Shown here: positions 60,858 through 64,000 of the stretch, piece by piece | How the letters are laid out: every line of letters starts with the position of its first letter | How positions within the stretch are numbered: the first letter of the stretch is position 1 | Assembly: GCA_963664815.2 (NCBI GenBank) | Contig: CAXXHB010000003.1 | Location: 1,440,001 to 1,504,000, forward strand | Source: Spirochaetota bacterium | GTDB lineage: Bacteria; Spirochaetota; UBA4802; UBA5550 | Length of the DNA: 64,000 nucleotides | Direction of reading: 5' to 3' | Made by a program: the position numbers and the translations under genes | The notes under the pieces: generated by a model | Databases searched by the model: none | Seen by the model: only the letters and a program-made list of their open reading frames with translations | What the model was told of the DNA's origin: nothing

Positions 60858-61211
60858 CGGTTTCCCGGAAAAGTCCATATTTTTTGATAATTGTTCAACC
60901 TCCAATCGTTAACTGCTCCCTATGTGCTATAGTAATCAGGGTTTCCTGAAAAAGTCTTGAGGAGCTTGTACTTATTCTGGGTAAAGATGGTAAGGATATG
61001 TTAAAGCGAAAAAAAGACATTCAGAACGGTAAAGTAAAGACAATAACCCGCAAAGAAACCTTTACTTCATTCTGACTATATTCCCGGCATTAATTTTTCC
61101 TTCAGCACTCCATGCCATTACACCGAGAGTAATAGATGAACATACCGAGTCCGTGCCTCCTGGCCGTTATATGGATATACTTGAAGACCCTGCAGGTAAA
61201 CTAACCATTAA

Positions 61212-61395
61212 AGGATTGACAGGATAAAAAGCCGTCTGAATCAGGATTCCCGGGATTAACAAGATTAACAGGATTAGAAAATACAAAATACAAAAGAATA
61301 AAGAAATAAGGGTAATCAGAGGTAAAATGAATTACAAGAAGATTCTGGATACAACATCCTGAACATCATTAAATCCTGAGAATCCTGATCCGGAC
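61212..61395. repeat. Non-coding element with inverted arms made of ~9-nt (c)aggatt units
   Basis: gtctgaatcaggattcccgggattaacaagattaacaggatt … atcctgaacatcattaaatcctgagaatcctgatccggac. Confidence 0.65.
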
Positions 61396-61541
61396 AGATG
61401 AAAATGCTCCATGTTATACGAAAACATATCTTTCGTACTTTGCTTGCCGCAACACTTATACTCACTGCCGCACCGGGACTTTATGCGCTCACACCGGTAG
61501 TTACATCATATAGTTTATTAAAAAACTAAAAGATTAGACAT

Positions 61542-61577
61542 AGTAACATCAGCAGGGCTTCCCCGGTTGATGTTACT
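61542..61577 (-). terminator. Hairpin downstream of the TetR operon
   Basis: agtaacatcagc…gttgatgttact, starting 7 nt past the last stop; no clear U-tract. Confidence 0.55.
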
Positions 61578-61583
61578 ATGTTA

Positions 61584-62141
61584 TCAATCAAAGAAGAAAT
61601 GATACTCTACCCGGCAGTTGCCCTGTTTATGCATCAGGCAGCCGTCAATCTCCGGATTCATCACATATTCAATGCCAAGAGTCTTATACCAGCTGTTGAC
61701 CCTGTGCATTACGCCGCACTGGTAATTGTCTATATACCCGCTTTTGCAGACACCTTTATAGGCAAAACAACCGTCTTTTTCCCACTCAAAAACTATTATG
61801 TTCTTTTCCGGAAAAGACAAAGAGGTTTTCATAAAGTCAGGTATTATAAGGTCATATGCGTTGCGAATAAAATGCGCAAGTTCATCAAAACTCTCCGGTT
61901 TTTCCTTCATCCCGAGGATTTCTTTCACTCTTTTAACCTCAAACACTGACATCATCTGAATGGCGGCAAGATTCAACCTGTTTCCTGTTTCAATGCCGCA
62001 TTCTTTTACCGCATTGTAGAACCACATCGCATCATGTGTAATCCATCCCTTTGACAGAAATTCTTTCAGTTCTTTTTTGTTAATCTGATCAAGTGCGTTC
62101 ATAATGTCCTCATTCTCTATTTTAAATTCGGGCAATTTCAT
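61584..62141 (-). CDS. DUF6125/ATC-hydrolase-like (V4R/4VR-like) protein
   Basis: WITHDAMWF, CFAYKG, YQCG, GC…GNC. Confidence 0.65.
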   Translation of the reverse strand: MKLPEFKIENEDIMNALDQINKKELKEFLSKGWITHDAMWFYNAVKECGIETGNRLNLAAIQMMSVFEVKRVKEILGMKEKPESFDELAHFIRNAYDLIIPDFMKTSLSFPEKNIIVFEWEKDGCFAYKGVCKSGYIDNYQCGVMHRVNSWYKTLGIEYVMNPEIDGCLMHKQGNCRVEYHFFFD

Positions 62142-62151
62142 TTTATAACCC

Positions 62152-63027
62152 TTAACACAGAGCCAGTCTTCCGCTTATGCAGGGTCTGTCATTGCCTCTG
62201 CAGAACAGATCAAATCTGTTTATATTCCCTGATGCCTGATTTTTCAGTGTAAGCATGTTTTCATAATAAACCGGGCCTTTGAGGAAAAAAATCAGCTCGG
62301 CCGGCTTATCTGCAATCTGGCCGGGGAGTTCAGATATGCATTTGGTTATAATCCGGATCGGTTGTGCGAAGTCCCTTTTAAATCCAAACATCCGTGCATA
62401 GAATGAACCATAGTGGATGCCGTTTGTATCACCGGATATTCTCCCGAATCTGAAACGGTTTTTTGCTTCAAGATACCATGCATTAACGACTGATAAATTA
62501 CCGGGTGTTTCAAGTGCCGGATCTTTATAATCAGGACCTGCATTTCCATACCTGCCGCGGTTAAGATATGTAACGGTAATCTCCCATACTTTTTCAGTCC
62601 CGGAATAAACTTCAGCTTTAAAATCAATTTCAAGGCCTTTCGGTGTAATCCTTGATGCAGAGTTGTAACAATCAATATTTATAAGTTCATCAGCTATTAT
62701 TGTACGGAACATTATAATACGGTTTCTTGTATTTAATATTTTAAAATGTGAGAAGGGCATCTCGTTTCTGCATAATATCCTCATCAGATAGGGATATACG
62801 AGAGTAAATGGATAGAGAATATGCAGGCCCTGTGTCTGATCAATTCCGCATATGGCGTTGAATTCGCCTAGATGTGAAGCATCAATCCTGAAATCCGATC
62901 TTTTAACATGGATTTCAGGAATCTTATCAATGCCTTGAAACATGCTTTTCCTGGAACGATAAGCCTGCCATAAAGTTGAAATATCAGATGGCTTCCGGGT
63001 GAAATACAGTGTGACGTTGTTTTTCAT
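62152..63027 (-). CDS. MaoC-like double hot-dog acyl dehydratase
   Basis: RISGDTNGIH…ARMFGFKR, LKGPV; start set at MKNN after GGAGG. Confidence 0.78.
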   Translation of the reverse strand: MKNNVTLYFTRKPSDISTLWQAYRSRKSMFQGIDKIPEIHVKRSDFRIDASHLGEFNAICGIDQTQGLHILYPFTLVYPYLMRILCRNEMPFSHFKILNTRNRIIMFRTIIADELINIDCYNSASRITPKGLEIDFKAEVYSGTEKVWEITVTYLNRGRYGNAGPDYKDPALETPGNLSVVNAWYLEAKNRFRFGRISGDTNGIHYGSFYARMFGFKRDFAQPIRIITKCISELPGQIADKPAELIFFLKGPVYYENMLTLKNQASGNINRFDLFCRGNDRPCISGRLALC

Positions 63028-63046
63028 AAAATCCTCCAATATTGTA

Positions 63047-63655
63047 TTATTGATTATTTGCAAGTGAGCGCCATACTGAAAGTGAAAGTTCCTTCACGGC
63101 TTCATCAATTTTTGTAACTGTTTTATTGGAAAGATAAAATTTAGTATATTCCTCACAGGGCCCCATCAGCAATGAGAGCAGCAGATCCCATTTAAGATGA
63201 CGTATGGTTCCTGCTTCAATATGCCGGTCAAACCAGCCGGAAACTGTTTTCATGAATTCCCTGTTCAGGCTGGACAGTTTATCCTCATTTTCTTCCAGAA
63301 ATGATGAATGTCTTTTCTGAAAGAGAAACTGAGCCCAATCCCGGTTAACCTGTATCCATTTAAGGTGATATCTTATAACAGCCGTGATCCCCTTAAATGC
63401 ATCAGTCTCCTTAATGATAGTTCTAATCATGCCGGACTGGTAGGCCTCAATACCCTTCAGGTAAACTGCAGCAGCGAGCTGTTCCTTGCTTTTAAAATGA
63501 TGATAAACACTACCCGTGCTTGCATTGGCGGTGGCGCATATATCTGCCATTGATGTATCGGTTAATCCGGAGCTTGTAAAGCATTCAAGAGCGGCCTGTA
63601 TTATATCGGCTGTCCTTTTTTCAGATGATGCATGTTTTGAGTTTAATGTCTTCAT
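63047..63655 (-). CDS. TetR-family transcriptional regulator
   Basis: IIQAALECF…TSMADIC…STGSVYHHFKSKEQL. Confidence 0.93.
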   Translation of the reverse strand: MKTLNSKHASSEKRTADIIQAALECFTSSGLTDTSMADICATANASTGSVYHHFKSKEQLAAAVYLKGIEAYQSGMIRTIIKETDAFKGITAVIRYHLKWIQVNRDWAQFLFQKRHSSFLEENEDKLSSLNREFMKTVSGWFDRHIEAGTIRHLKWDLLLSLLMGPCEEYTKFYLSNKTVTKIDEAVKELSLSVWRSLANNQ

Positions 63656-63692
63656 ATATTAGAATTATATTCTAATATATGATTCTAGTCAA
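63652..63692 (-). promoter_or_regulatory. Sigma-70 promoter overlapped by a 14-bp-arm palindromic operator
   Basis: TTGACT(63692-63687)-17 nt-TATAAT(63669-63664); tcatatattagaat-tat-attctaatatatga at 63652-63682. Confidence 0.8.
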
Positions 63693-63774
63693 CATATTAA
63701 TTTTTTTTTGAAATAAATTGCTCTATTTCCCCGCTGCCAAAGGCATCGGGGAAATATCATTTTATTAAAGTCTG

Positions 63775-64000
63775 TCAGTCGTTAAGATCTTTTTTTATTG
63801 AGTGATATTCTTCTTTAGTAATTTCTCCTTTAGCGTAGCGTGTTTTGAGAATATTCAAAGAGTTATTACCTGTGACTATCTCAGTCTTGTTGTTTTTTAT
63901 ATGCTTAAAGGCCATAAATGCCAACAATCCCAGTATTATAAGAATTATAATCATCATAATGAATCCTCCTGCATGAAATCCTCCATTCCAGCCGGGTCCT
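63775..64000 (-). CDS. SHOCT-domain membrane protein (5' end outside the window)
   Basis: TM helix then ILKTRYAKGEITKEEY; frame open to the window end. Confidence 0.85.
   Translation of the reverse strand, partial: GPGWNGGFHAGGFIMMIIILIILGLLAFMAFKHIKNNKTEIVTGNNSLNILKTRYAKGEITKEEYHSIKKDLND

Noticed and set aside
60870-61200. Possible minus-strand gene remnants
   Set aside because: Short interrupted frames with no family I can support

Overview
AT-rich bacterial chromosomal window. The mix of Leptospira-like exported/signalling families with Hdr/Mvh redox genes suggests an anaerobic spirochaete (inference). 1-18.2 kb: nitrogen-assimilation locus with amtB-PII and a NifA-like enhancer-binding protein, then a co-oriented, mostly tightly coupled run mvhD'-metF'-gltB(FMN, degenerate)-gltB(FMN)-gltB(GATase+GXGXG)-hdrC-hdrB-hdrA(GltD-like insert)-mvhD-metV. 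This is the best candidate for an undescribed system: an Hdr/MetFV-wired, possibly electron-bifurcating glutamate synthase whose MetF has lost two folate-binding residues. 18-26 kb: rpsU, group IIC intron-like stubs after terminators, a secreted caspase-fold protein, a decaying MORN/ankyrin cassette and an acyl-CoA dehydrogenase. 26-54 kb: signalling-rich region (MCP, tRNA-Ser, EIIC-EAL, adenylate cyclase-FecR-barrel, PAS kinase, REC-PAS-LuxR, barrel-Kelch-TPR/HD-GYP-MinD-like operon) plus topB. 54-64 kb: CreD-like, rarA, a basic orphan gene bracketed by 25-nt direct repeats with ~11-nt periodic DNA, yhbY, asd, one collapsed and one intact toxin-antitoxin locus, and a TetR-controlled operon. 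No CRISPR array, rRNA, integrase or transposase seen. All calls come from motif recognition by eye; no database search was run.
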